A stretch of DNA of 47,604 bases from Nemertoderma westbladi. Lineage: Eukaryota > Animalia > Xenacoelomorpha. Of this stretch, positions 12,601 to 24,946 are shown piece after piece; position 1 is the stretch's first letter; the number at the start of each line of letters is the position of its first letter. The notes under the pieces were generated by a model. That model had not been told where the DNA came from. It did not search any database and saw nothing but the letters and a program-made list of their open reading frames with translations. The stretch is taken from positions 1 to 47,604 of the forward strand of contig JAUCBJ010003139.1 in NCBI GenBank assembly GCA_032718475.1, read 5' to 3'. Made by a program: the position numbers and the translations under genes.

Positions 12601-15139
12601 AGAGAATCATGAAGTCTATCTTTTACGAAGTGTAGGCTACTGTGCACTGGTAAGTACGAAATTGCAGAATAAGAATTTGACACCACCTAGCGGATTAATA
12701 TATGATTGTATATCGAATGAATACATTTATAGCATGGGGTATGGGGTACGAGCACGGTTTATGATAGAATTGCTCAATTATAATTTGTATCTCATAGCAG
12801 AGCCTCGTGTATGTTTGCAAATAAGTTTGCATACAAGTTTGAAAAAGTCTGTGTAACAAAAAAATAAATTACAAAACTGGATATCAAAATTTCAAAACAA
12901 ATAATTAATCAATTATTGTCGTGGAGTGAAATAGGCCTACTGCAATACTGTGAAATACTGGGATGTACAGTACCAAAATATAGTTTTTTATTTTATCAAT
13001 TATTTTCTGTAATTTTTATTATCTGGGCCGACTTTTTCGGGGCTCGAAGGATTTGACAATTTTGGACTGAAACATCCCGCAAATGACTACCGTTACAAGT
13101 TATTGGTAGGCCTACTGTACATACACCTATGAGACAATATTAAACACCTACATTCTGTTGACGTCACAGCTTACTGGTTTTTCACTGAACGAGCAGATGT
13201 ACATACAGTATATCTCATCCACAAACGATTCCTCGGCTAGTTTTTATACAAAATCCACGTTTTCTAATAACTTCAATTAATGAAGATGAAGGCTTCCAGT
13301 AGTTGTCTGAACCTTGAAATTTCTGCAATAATATAAGACTACTAGTATGACAGTATGAATAAGTAAATAAAGAATAACTTTGCCTACTGTACAGTGTAAA
13401 TAAGTGGCACTTTTCAGCGTTCTGATTTCAATTGGATATACCTACAATTTATTTATGCTCCTTAAATATACAATCTAATTAAGATTTATAGAGAGAGAGG
13501 GGGGGGGGGGGGGGTTGTCAAAATCCCTCAATTACGACACTACGTCCGTACTGTATATTCCAGGGCATGGGGTATACTAATGTTAAGGGAGGGGGTGGGT
13601 GGGGGGGGGGGGGTGGAAACCCAAATCTCACATTTGGGTGTATCTGGACCATAAATTTGGTGAAAATAATTTTTTGTGCTACTAAACATTGCGTGGGCTG
13701 TTTAAGAATAGCCAAACCCAAATATTTTTACAATTGGCACCAAAATAGCACTGTAATGGCCAAAAGTGCCTTTTTGCGCCAAAGGCTATTTCTTCACCAA
13801 TAGGTACTTTTTTTCGAAATTTAGAATATAATTTCTGAAGACATCGGCATCCAATTCTTCTGAACAAATTTTACCTGAAATGCTCTGGAGCCTTTTTAGA
13901 ACAAAAAGCCCTAAAAAGGCAAAACGTGGGCTTTTTTGATCTAAAAAGGATCCAGCCTTTTGTAAACTGTATCTATAAACTTTATAGGGGGCCTACTAAA
14001 GTTACATAATAAAGCAATACAATTTTAAATAGGCCTACGCCTACTCCATATACTGTACTGTACAACATAACTTACATCGTTTTTTACATCCCGAAGGGCA
14101 AACATTTGAGCCAGTAAAGTCGATGGTTCGTGCGCCGCCTCTGGGGCTGTCGCTGTTGCTATGACTACTGCCATACTTAGGATAAGCACGAAAAAGGCCA
14201 TGTCAAATAATAAATACAGTACCGTAGGTTTGTTTTGTCACAATTATTATTTAGTGAAATGTATATTAGACCTGCTTATTTGTTCTTATACTGTAATTCA
14301 GTGGTTCAATAGATTAAATAGGATATTAATTGGAATATTCGCTACAGAAATATATATAATAGGAATTTATTTATACAGTAGTCGATTTAATAATTAAAAA
14401 AAAATACATTAAAGAACATTATTTAGAGTGAGGAAAGAACAAAATAGTAAAGACTTTTACTTGGCAGAATCATTTAAATTTTTCAACCAGATATATTTTG
14501 AATTATTAGTTCGAACGGATGGAACCTCCTTAACTTCAGTATTTCCATTGTAAAAATCAAGGCAAAAGGCAGCAATACAGTATTTTGGATGAATAACTCC
14601 CAATAAATCAGGTAGTATACGTGCGTAATCTCTACTGATACCGGTATCACATCAGTCAAGGTTTTTATCGGTTTAAATGTCCCCCACTCCAATATAAATG
14701 GTATATTTTATAATACCAATTCTATGCCAATTTAATTGGATTTCTAATGAAACCATTGGTGCGTTCCGATAACATACATTTATGACGGATACACAAATTA
14801 TTTAAACTTTAAAATTAGATTGAGCCACAGACTCATTTGAAGTTACAAGTTACAGTACATATACAGTAGGCCTAGTAGAAGTGCCCAAAGCAATGCGTCC
14901 TAAACACTAAACAGTAAGGAGGCCTCGGTATATAATAGAGTTCGGTCGTACAGGGGCGCCACAAAAAACATGGAAAATACAATTAAGCGAGCGAACCAAA
15001 TGAACATGTTTCTAGTCATTACTGTACAATAGAAAAAAATTTGAGCTGGAATTTTTAATGTTTGACATAACAAATTGTTCTAAAAACTGGTATACTCTAG
15101 CCTTACAAAACTATTTAAATTACAGTAATATCCAATGTT

Positions 15140-15293
15140 CATATTAAGTATTCTAATATAAATATCCCAACAGTCTTTAAAATGTACAGGCCAAGAAATA
15201 TGGAATGAATTGCCTCACGAAATTAAAAATGCAAAGACCAAAAATTCACTTGTTATTCTGTTAAAAAATAAATATATTGATTCTCTATTATAA
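15140..15293 (+). mobile_element. 3' fragment of a CR1/L2-group LINE ORF2
   Basis: Translates as QQSLKCTGQEIWNELPHEIKNAKTKNSLVILLKNKYIDSLL*, matching the G..IWN.LP..IK C-terminal motif of CR1/L2 ORF2. Confidence 0.6.
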
Positions 15294-15550
15294 CAGTTCA
15301 CCATCCATTCCCGCTACACCAAATTATTTTCGTTTATTTCTCGTATTTCACTGGCAGCTGGCTTTGATGCCACTACGGCTCAAATTTTAGCGCCCCCTGG
15401 AAGGTGGCTCCCGTGACCGCCCCCCCCCCCCTCCCCTCCCCTTCTGCACGCCACTGGGGGGGGCAGCTATTTATAAGTAAATTGACTTAATATACAATCA
15501 CTTTAATGCGCGTTATTGCATTGATGGTTTTAATACATAGTTTGAGTGTC

Positions 15551-15641
15551 TACTGTACCGGTACTGTTACTGTACCGGTACTGTTACTGTACCGGTACTG
15601 TTACTGTACCGGTACTGTTACTGTACCGGTACTGTTACTGT
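15551..15641. repeat. 17-bp minisatellite (TACTGTACCGGTACTGT), about 5 copies
   Basis: Direct tandem repeat visible in the sequence. Confidence 0.9.
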
Positions 15642-16639
15642 TCTTGGTATAGCAGTAAACGTTTCTACTGTATATTAAGTTTTCTATCCCGATGGATGGC
15701 TAATAAAGCAAGCCCAACTTTAATCAAATTAATTTGGATAAATAATATAAAAATTAAATGGATAAACTCCAACCAATCTAGGCCTACTGTAAATAGCTGT
15801 TACAGTACATTATTGCTACGGAAAACCCATGTTGCTACAGTACAAATATGTTCATTAGACAATTTTACAGTGGGCTCTCATCAGTCTAATTTTAATAATG
15901 TTGAGGCGTTGTCTCATTACGTGGCTCGCCTCACTCCATGGCAGTACCTACTGAACGCAACAATATAAAATGGCCTGTTTAAAAATTCTTAAACAAATGG
16001 ATTGGATTGCATACCGTATGTCCCTTTAATACGCCTACCTTTAAACTCCGCAATGTAAATGAATATACAGTACATCATTGTAACAGCATGAATACTAATT
16101 AGCTTACAGTGGTTAACTTACTGCACAGTAGACGCTTTCAGCGTCAGGTTCAATTACCTGCAATGTTGGCTTTGACTTACTGTACTGTACGTACAGTAAG
16201 CCTTTTAAGTTGTATTGTAATTTCGAAAACATTAACTGAATGATCTTTGTGTAATCAGTAATCGAAGTCGCGGTGGTTATATTTTTGTAACCGTGTGATT
16301 CCGGAAATAATTACTAACATACACAATACGAACAGCGTATTTATTTAATTGGTAATTATAATGCATATAGGCCTACTGTACTGGAGTAAATTAGACGCGT
16401 GTTATATTGCATTCTGTATAGTGGCGGGGTTGAGAAACTGTATTTTACAATTCTACCAAAAACAACCTCTACCAGTCTAAAGTGAGACATACAGCATATA
16501 GGGCCGGATTTACTGTAGGAATAGGCCAAGATGACCTAGACTCCCTGCTCCCACAAATGTTGTACTACAGTCGAACAGTGGGACCTCCCGCAAAAATACA
16601 AAGAAAAAAACGACTCGAGTACCACACTATAATATCTTA

Positions 16640-17145
16640 CTACTACTAATACTGCTAGGATCGGCATGCTGCATTTTTAAAAATGGTGTGCCGGCTTATC
16701 GACAAAATTGCGCCGCCACAACTCCCAATTACCCATGACATTTGCTAGATCATCCGCATCTTCAAGCCCAGTGTCCTTAGATGCGTCTCAAGAAAGTCAT
16801 GGGCTGTCCACCATGCTTATTCACACCATGAGGATGCCACAGCACAAGACTATGCACGGGCTGGTCCTCACGGCGAAAGCAATGTCCAGCAAAACGGAGG
16901 CGGCTTTGTTCTAGTGTCAAGCTTGGGGGAACCATTGAGACACCTCCAATGTTATATAGTGTCTGGTTGGAGATGTGTGCATTGTACTTGACACAACGAA
17001 CCCGGCTTAGCATACTTGTGAATGTGGCATCCAGAGATTTGGTGTCCTCAGCAGTGCTCAGCACATAGAGGAATACTGGAACTACTGCTGCTCTAAATAA
17101 TCTGTCCTTAAGTTTCCGATGAATTCTATGTGACTTCCAAATCCT
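16640..17145 (-). mobile_element. 3' end of an RTE-like LINE (RT C-terminal region and (AGT)n tail)
   Basis: Translates as RIWKSHRIHRKLKDRLFRAAVVPVFLY...SRLRFAGHCFRREDQPVHSLVLW. The minus-strand tail is AGTATTAGTAGTAGTAAG. It is cut at 17145 by the BEL-A LTR. Confidence 0.8.
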
Positions 17146-17603
17146 TGTAAAGGCTTTTGCGGATATAACTAGTCATTTTCCTCGCAAAGTACTGTGTAGG
17201 TGTATTAGCGGACATAAAAAGCCATTTTTTCTGTATGTGTACTTTAGCGGACATAACAAGCCATTTTATGCCGCAATACGCCAAATACTCTTAATACAGT
17301 GTAGTTCCGATGACGAAATCTATCAGCTGATTTAATGTCGATGTGGAGCTTTCTTAACTTTCTTTGTTTGGCTCGCTCGACCAATCAGGGCGATTTTCAT
17401 TTTATCTTGTACAGAAGCCTACGGGAAATCGCGCAATGCATGACGGTCTTTGTTTACCTTTTCCTGAGCCTCAGAACATCGGCTTTGGAATTATTCTGAG
17501 TTTCAGACTTTAGCCAAACATTAGACGGCTTTGATTATAGGCACGTATAACTGTTATCAAACTGGACAAACCAGAACATACATACTTGTCCTACGCGCGA
17601 ACA
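17146..17603 (+). repeat. 5' LTR of BEL-A (458 bp, TGT...ACA)
   Basis: It begins TGTAAAGGCTTTTGCGGATATAACT and ends GCGCGAACA, matching the B LTR termini TGTAAAAGCTTTTGTGGGATAACT ... GCGCGAACA. Homology to the B leader starts immediately after it. Confidence 0.8.
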
Positions 17604-17614
17604 ATAACAGTTAT
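17604..17614 (+). promoter_or_regulatory. Non-tRNA primer-binding site of BEL-A (ATAACAGTTAT)
   Basis: It abuts the LTR, has no TGG and is the exact reverse complement of LTR positions 17547-17557 (ATAACTGTTAT). Confidence 0.65.
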
Positions 17615-17702
17615 TTTAGTTTCTTTATTGCAACGTAGGCAATAAAGTTGAATGTACCAGTCGACCGGTAACCTGGCCTAACTACCTAACCACCCGAACC
17701 GG

Positions 17703-18773
17703 TGTAACAGCGGATTCAGTCCCCCGAAGAATCGGTCCCCCCGGACCAGATCTGCTAGCGGATTTAGTCCCCCCGGACCCAATCCGCTAGCAGATTTGGT
17801 CTCCCTAGGACCAAATCTGCTAGCGGATTGGGTCCTCGTTCGCGGATTTGGTCCCCCCAATGTTATTGCAATAAATTCAAAATACACTGCCAGACTGCTC
17901 CGTTCCCTTCCTTATTGTCAATGGATACAATACTGGCAGACCGGTTGCCGGTTATTCAGTATGTATCGTTTATTGTTCTGGTTAGAAAACATTGTGTGTA
18001 TCCTGCTCCTCTCCAATTTCGTAGTACGATAAATTTATTGTAATGAGGTTATATTGTTTTAACCTTTTTATTATTAGAAAATTTATCCTCCCCACCTGCA
18101 AACTATAATAATATGAATGAACATGAATGAATATGAATAACTGTTACTCAGTTGGGTTTAGGTGTAACAGCTGAACTGAATATACCTGAATATACCGAAA
18201 TGACACCAACTGACCAATGACAAATCCAACCAAATACACCTGACAACTCGAACTACAGTATGATTATTTACTGTAATAGGGACAGTACAATATCTTCCTC
18301 CTCCTCATGTAATCATCCCTCATCCATAATGAATCTATAATGTTGAAATTAGCTCCTTTCCTGAGTATAGTTGCAACTTTGTTGAATTGACTGGATATGT
18401 GTCATCTCCCGAAATATAATTATAGACGGCTTGATAAAGCTGCGTCTCATCGAAGTTGGCCATAATAGCCTACTGTACTGATGCGACTATATCAGTATAT
18501 ACAGATGTGGGAATTTAGTTTAACGCAGTAGTGGTAGCTACTGCAGTTTTAATCAGTCTATAATTTAATGCATAAGCTACGCTGCTATGTCAGTACCAGT
18601 ACTGCTGCACTCAGCACTGTCTGACTGTACTGTAAAATTATAATTTAAGGGGGGACTCAATCTGCGGAGGGGGGACAGAATCCGCTAGCGGATTCGGTCC
18701 CCCCGGACTCAATCCGCTAGCGGATTCGGTCCCCCCGGACCATATCCGCGGGGGGACAGAATCCGCTGTTACA
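17703..18773 (-). mobile_element. Non-autonomous Ginger1-type DNA transposon
   Basis: CCGG|TGTAACAGCGGATT ... AATCCGCTGTTACA|CCGG gives TGT/ACA termini and the CCGG TSD characteristic of Ginger1. The equivalent site in the B leader is empty (AACCGGTACTT). It has subterminal AATCCGCTAGCGGATT palindromes and a minus-strand remnant MANFDETQLYQAVYNYISGDDTYP from 18463. Confidence 0.85.
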
Positions 18774-20569
18774 CCGGTACTTACAGTTACATCAGTATTA
18801 TTCGATTTTGATAATTATATACCGGTAGGTCTTGATATTTAATCAGGGACTGCAGCCCTGGTTTTTTATTGGGATTTTACTTATTTCTGTCAGTTTTATT
18901 TATCTGTAAGTTAATATTGAGCAGAAGGCGTGTAAGCCTGCTCAGATTGTACAAGTAATTTGTAGGCTGGATTGTTGTCTGGCTGTTGTCAGGTCTGAAG
19001 AGATTGCAGTGTGTGTAGAGTGTATGTCCGATAAAATACTAGTTAGGAAGGTGGGGGCATCCAGTGTTGTAAGGTAAATCCCCTCCGAAAGAATAAGTCA
19101 TACTACTCGGTTAGAACGCATACTAACTAACCATTTTGGAGTCTGCATATACTGTAGTTTATTTAGGCTTGATAGTAGTCTGTCAGCATTTGGTTTGTAT
19201 TTTGTTTGTGTAGTCTTTACGGGTAGCGTAATATTTATTATTCAGAGTTTATGCGATTATTCGCAACATACACAACCCCAAGTTTATTCCTACAGTAATT
19301 GTGCTTGTTATACATACTGTTATAGTTAAATCAACCCCGGTACTACATCAGAGCTGTTTGGCGTAGGTAAAGACTGGTGATTTTATGCTCTAGTCACTCC
19401 AACAGATACCTTGGTTCTTTTGGCTGTACAAGTATATTTAACTGCTGGTTATTTGTTGTATAAGTACTTGTACCTAATTTAGGGTTTAGTGTACAATACT
19501 TTCCGAAGGTAATTAGTGCGTAGGCAGTATATTTGTGTTGTAAAGTGGTTAATAGGCACGTTAGCTCTGGTTGGCTGCGGTAATTAACTTCTAGGTAGGG
19601 ACACTCCGGGTACATAACGTAGTACTTATAGAGCTGTAAAGCGTCAGCCGTCAGACAGTGGTATTTTCTTATCTAGACAATGCAATATATTTACAATTGC
19701 TTTATTATTTTCAAATACCGTAGTATCCTGTCCGTTTGTAATAACCAGAAATTCTAACCCTTGTTAGGCTGGTTTGTAGATCTCCTGTAAAATTACCCTA
19801 AAATTTGTACGTGTAATTTTTGTGTTTATTTAGAGATTGTAATCTCACCCCGTAATTATACGTAATTTGTAGTAATAAGTAACTTAGTCAAGTAGAATTA
19901 TTTGTTTTAGTGTCCAATAAGTAGCACTACACTGAGAGCGTTCAGCTTCTGTGAAGTGACTCCTTCCTAGAAATAATAACATTTATTTCAAATATTGTCA
20001 AAAACCCATTAAACGGGTATATATATATTATAAATCAACTCAAACCGATTTATAAAATAGTAGGCCTGTCATCCATCAATTAGGTCTTAATATCAGTTGG
20101 ACTACTGCTTAAATATCAGTAATAAAGTAAAGAAAAGTAACCCTAAAATTCAGAAATTCAGTTATTATAAAATAATTGACATACTGGTATTTACGATAGG
20201 CTTATTATATTTATTTCTATAAATTTAAGCTGAAATTATATACTGGTATTCTGTAATTAATTCTAGTTTATAATTATACTTATATATACTATAAGTGTAA
20301 GCTGTATACCGGTATTCACGGTAGGCTTATTATATATTTATATATATTTGTGCTGAAATTATATACCAGTATTCTGTGACAAACCCTAGTCTGTGATAAT
20401 ACTTATATATATACTATAAGTGTATACCGGTATTCTAATATATTGTATATAACACGTTACACTGAGTAACGGTATCGGTAATTAATTATTAGGCTTATAG
20501 TTGATACTGAATTACTAGACTTGCTTTAACTGTAGTTATAGTAGTAGACATTCAACTGTACAAACAAAC

Positions 20570-23500
20570 ATGGCTGACACAAAGCAAAATCTGTCAGATA
20601 GTCTCCTAGAAACAACAGTCTGCGATCCAGATAGGAGTGCAGAACGTTTGAGACCGAAGTTCAAGTCCCCTCCTACTGTAAGAAAGGTCATCCCTCCAGT
20701 AGTAGTATCCGACCCTAGGCTAGTAAAGTACCGTAGGTCTATCATAGGCACTCGGGCTCAAGTCAAGCGGGACCAAGAGGCAGCTGTTAAACAACAGCAA
20801 CATTCGAACCGAGAACTTATTTCTCAGCGGCCCGATAGCTCCAGTAGTTCAGATACTGTAGAGTTGCCACCCGAACGCGGAGCAAAGATGGCAGATGCAG
20901 TTTATTCGGATCCACTTCTCATTCTTCCTGAAGCCGTACTCACTAGAGTATTGATTGCGGTGGAGGAACATCAAATTGATTGGGCGAGAAGTAAGCGATC
21001 GACCAAGGACAGTTATGCGGGATACACGAAGGAGGAACTGAAGTCTATTGTCGAGACGCAATGGAACTTCCCCGGACCCGGACTCCCGTTTAACTTATCG
21101 GAAGCTGCCTGGGAGGACTTATACAGGATGGGAGTGGTAAAGGACACTAGAGATCCAGCTGTGTGGAAGAGGTCGGCAGCCGGATATGTACAGGGATTCT
21201 TCAGCTCTTTGGAGCAATTAGAGGAACAACTGTTTCAACAACCCCAAGGACCTCAAGAGCAGGGAGAGCTGCTATATCAAGTTCGAGAACGAATCCTAAG
21301 AATTAGACTAATCCTTTCGGCCTTTGAGGAAGCCTCGAAGAGAAGCCAAGACACGTCGTTGCAAGTTGCCGTAAAGACTTGGTTCCAACGGGTGAGTCTT
21401 AAAGTCCAAGGAACAACCCAATGGAAAATTCAGCTGGCTGAACGCTCAACCCATGGAGAATCAACAGACGCTACCTTTTCTCAAGTGGAAAGCGAAGCGA
21501 CATTGGAGAAACCTCAGAAGAAGGACACTATTGACATCTATCTGTCGGACTATCAACGATTTATAGGTGACAATGAGTTGAGGAGACGGCTGGCTGGACT
21601 TCGCCCTACTAGTGAAGGAGCCAAGTTTGTGTTGGACGCATTAGATGCGGAAATGTTAGCTGCGAACCAAGCTAAATTTGATGAAAGCATACGCATCGCT
21701 AGGGTCCAAGAAGAACAGGTAAAGAAAAAACGTATAGAAGACCGAAAGGCGGCAGCAGCGGCAGCGGCAGAAGTTGAAAGAAAAGCGGCAGCGGCAGAGG
21801 CTGAAAGAAAAGCGACAGAGGCAGAGGCTGAAAGAAAAGCGGCAGAGGCAGAGGCTGAAAGAAAAGCGGCAGAGGCAGAGGCTGAAAGAAAAGCGGCAGA
21901 GGCAGAGGCTGAAAGAAAGGTAGCAGCGGCAGAAGCTGAAAGAAAAGCGGCAGAGGCAGTGGCAGAAGCAGAATGGAGGGCGTCTGAAGAGACAACCCAA
22001 CTAGAGTTGGAAAATCTTCAAGAGAAGCAAGACTACATAGATAAACAGAGAACAGCTAGTCAGTGGCAGATGATAAGTCGATCTACTCCCAAGAGACAGG
22101 GATTTACATCATCTGATGAAGGCTATACAACAGATCCTGAAGGCGGAGGAAATAGATCTCGTCCCAGCAGGCGTAGAAGAACGCCCCACCGTCAAAAATT
22201 GCCTAATTTGCCCCCAGCTGTGAGAAGGCAACTAGCTAGCACAGACTTAGGTAGTACAGAACCCACAGACCAAATTATTAGAGTAGAAAGACTCCCTACT
22301 ATAGTAGATGAGCCTGAAATAATTAGGCCTGTTCTCGAAGCCACCCCTTCGGTGATAGAGACACCTGTACTCCCAGAACCTACCTCTAAATTCCCTTTGC
22401 ACAGTACTAAACTACCTGTGCCCAGTAGAACAGCCCCTGAGACAATTCCTGTCCTGGATGCCGAGCGAGACATCAACGATTTATCGCCCGTCGTCCCTCG
22501 TCTGCCCGCTACTATGTTGGCGGCTCCTGCTTCGGGTCGAGTGGGTGGATGAGGGACGGCGGGGGATGAATCTCCTGCTCGGGCAGATGCAGGAGACTGT
22601 TCAACAGTTCAAGGGAACAGTAAGGGAAGGTAGGTTAGAGTTGCAAGAAGTGCGGCAGAGTATCGCGTTAGAACGCGATAAATTAGTAAATATACAAAGG
22701 GGTATACCACCACCCCATGTAACAATGTGTCAACCTGTTAGGTCTGAAGTATTTCATGCGCAAGGTGTGGAGCCTACATGCATCTATACTGCTAGTGAGG
22801 TAGAAACTCCTATAGTAAACCCTATTAAGGGTAATTATAAACCTGTTGACAATGATATTCCATATAGACCTGATCCTAATCCGAGAAATTTATATACCGA
22901 TAACTCGATATTAAATAACACGATGGCCCAAGAAAGTTTTACGCGTCAAATGGCTAGAACCGAAGCCCGTCAAGCGGTAAAAGTGGGAGAGATCGTCAAA
23001 TTCAATGGAGATGAGATGAAATGGTTACCTTTTAATGAATATTACAAAGATAACATACAGAACTCTGTACTATCTAACGGAGAGAAACTTAGATTCCTCA
23101 TCGAGTGTTTGGAAGGACCTCCCAAGTTAATGGCGTTAAAGTTTATTGGACACCCAGATGGATTAAGACAAGTTTGGGATACACTAAACATCAGGTATGG
23201 TAATAGGACAAACATAGCTAGGTATTTGTATGCAAAATTGGTAGCGCCCCGAAAGTTCCTTAGCAGCGGGATTATAGAGTTTTCCGATGAGATTCAGGAG
23301 ATCTGTAGACAACTAGATTGGTTAGGTAAGTCTCATGAATATCAGAGTTCCATGGATTATGGATTATTGGAGCCGTAGCATCTACTTTGCCAAAGGGTGG
23401 AGTAGGTACTCGCTGGGATATATGGATTATTGGAGCCGTAGCATCTACTTTGCCAAAGGGTGGAGTAGGTACTCGCTGGGACAAGAAAGTGCTCTATATG

Positions 23501-24037
23501 ATGGACCAGCAACAAAGAGACCCTACCATGGCTGATCTCATGTCATTCTTAAATGGAGAGGTAAGATTACAGCTCCTAAAGCAGTCCCGAGAGAAGACAC
23601 CGGAAAATAAGGTAATTGAAAAACCCGTTTCTAGGAGAAAGGTCACCCCAGTGTGTTATACAGATGACGGCGAAAACCAAACCTCTCAAGAGGAGAACAG
23701 CGGAAAAGACACCGAAAGATCTTACTATGTCAACAAAGCACCTAAAGACGTAAGTAAATTTAAGTCTCGAACTAGTGACAGGAGAGAACAGGTAACAAAA
23801 ACTCCTCCTACGTCTCCTAAGAGAGTTCATGGAAGGAAGCCCGAGGAAAGAACGAGTGTGCACAACACTACCCAAGGTAAAGTAAGTAACATCAAACCAA
23901 AATGTGCGCTGTGCGACAGGCCCCATCGTTTAAGTGTGTGTGATGAATTCTTAAAGAAATCCCTAAAAGATAGACGCGAAGTCATGTGGGATAAGCGGTT
24001 GTGTTATAATCTGAAACCGATAGTGAGCTCCCCCTAA
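20570..24037 (+). pseudogene. gag: BEL-A gag, frameshifted (ORFs 20570-22552, 22458-23378, 23387-24037)
   Basis: It has the BEL gag motif KFNGDEMKWLPF...LSNGEKLRFLIECLEG...LNIRYG and the zinc knuckle CALCDRPHRLSVC followed by a truncated LCYN. Confidence 0.85.
21750..21970 (+). repeat. 27-bp coding repeat (AEAERKAAE)n in gag, predicted coiled coil
   Basis: GCAGAGGCTGAAAGAAAAGCGGCAGAG occurs about 7 times in tandem. Confidence 0.9.
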
Positions 24038-24105
24038 CTATTCCTGACCGACAACCATCTTGGAAAGCGCCAACTTCCAACGTAGGGATCCGAGAATTTC
24101 CCGTA

Positions 24106-24946
24106 GTGCAGTTGAGAGTCCACGGGTTAGAAAAGAGCTATATAGTGAACGCACTCCTTGACTCCGGCAGCACAGGAACATTCATCGACAAAGAACTAGC
24201 CGAAGACATCTTTGCTGGACAACCCAAGTTCCGAACTAGGTTGAACCTTTCAGGAATTATGCAGGTTTGGAAATCTACAGTAGCCACAGACTACTATGTA
24301 GGCGCGTTGTCCACCCCCCAGGATGAACTAGGAGAACACAGTATAAGGTCAGTAAAAATGGTGGCGATAAAGAACTTCGCTACCAGCCAAGTGGAACCTT
24401 ATAACTGGGATGAAGACGATTTCACCCAGCAGCATGAGATACCTAGATTCAACATCGACTACCCAGGGGTACAAATACTCATCGGCCAAAATGCGCATGA
24501 GGCGCTTGAGACATTAGAGAAACGGCCTGCTCAACCGCAACCACTGCAAACCTATGCGGGAAGAACTAGAGTAGGTTGGTACTTTACTGGACCTTCCCGT
24601 AGGACACTCATGGAAAGGCTACCTAAAGATCAAGTCCACCAGGTGAGTGAATGAGAAGAGGAAATCAGTGAGGGAGACGACACACCTGAGGGAACACCAT
24701 ACTCCTCAGATAATGACGATATTCATCAACTATTCGACGAGGAGAATACCATCGACCTCCTTACGGAAAATAAAACTTGGCAAAACCAAGTGAACCTGTG
24801 TCACCTCATCCATCCAGGTGGACAAGTCGATTACAACGACGAACTGAATGAAGTGATAGATCGTTACAACGCGAAGACTCGCGATGAACACGCCATACGA
24901 TTCTTTACTCAAGAAGCTGTAGAGCCTAATTCCTACGATGAGGCCC
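24106..24946 (+). pseudogene. pol: BEL-A aspartic protease and PR-RT linker, cut by the BEL-B insertion
   Basis: ALLDSGSTGTFI active site, VQILIGQN, and the TRVGWYFTGP motif typical of Pao proteases. There is an in-frame stop at 24652-24654. Confidence 0.85.

Noticed and set aside
19358-19380. TGGCGTAGGTAAAGAC as a tRNA primer-binding site
   Set aside because: It lies far inside the leader, not next to the LTR end defined by the TSD-bounded repeats of B.
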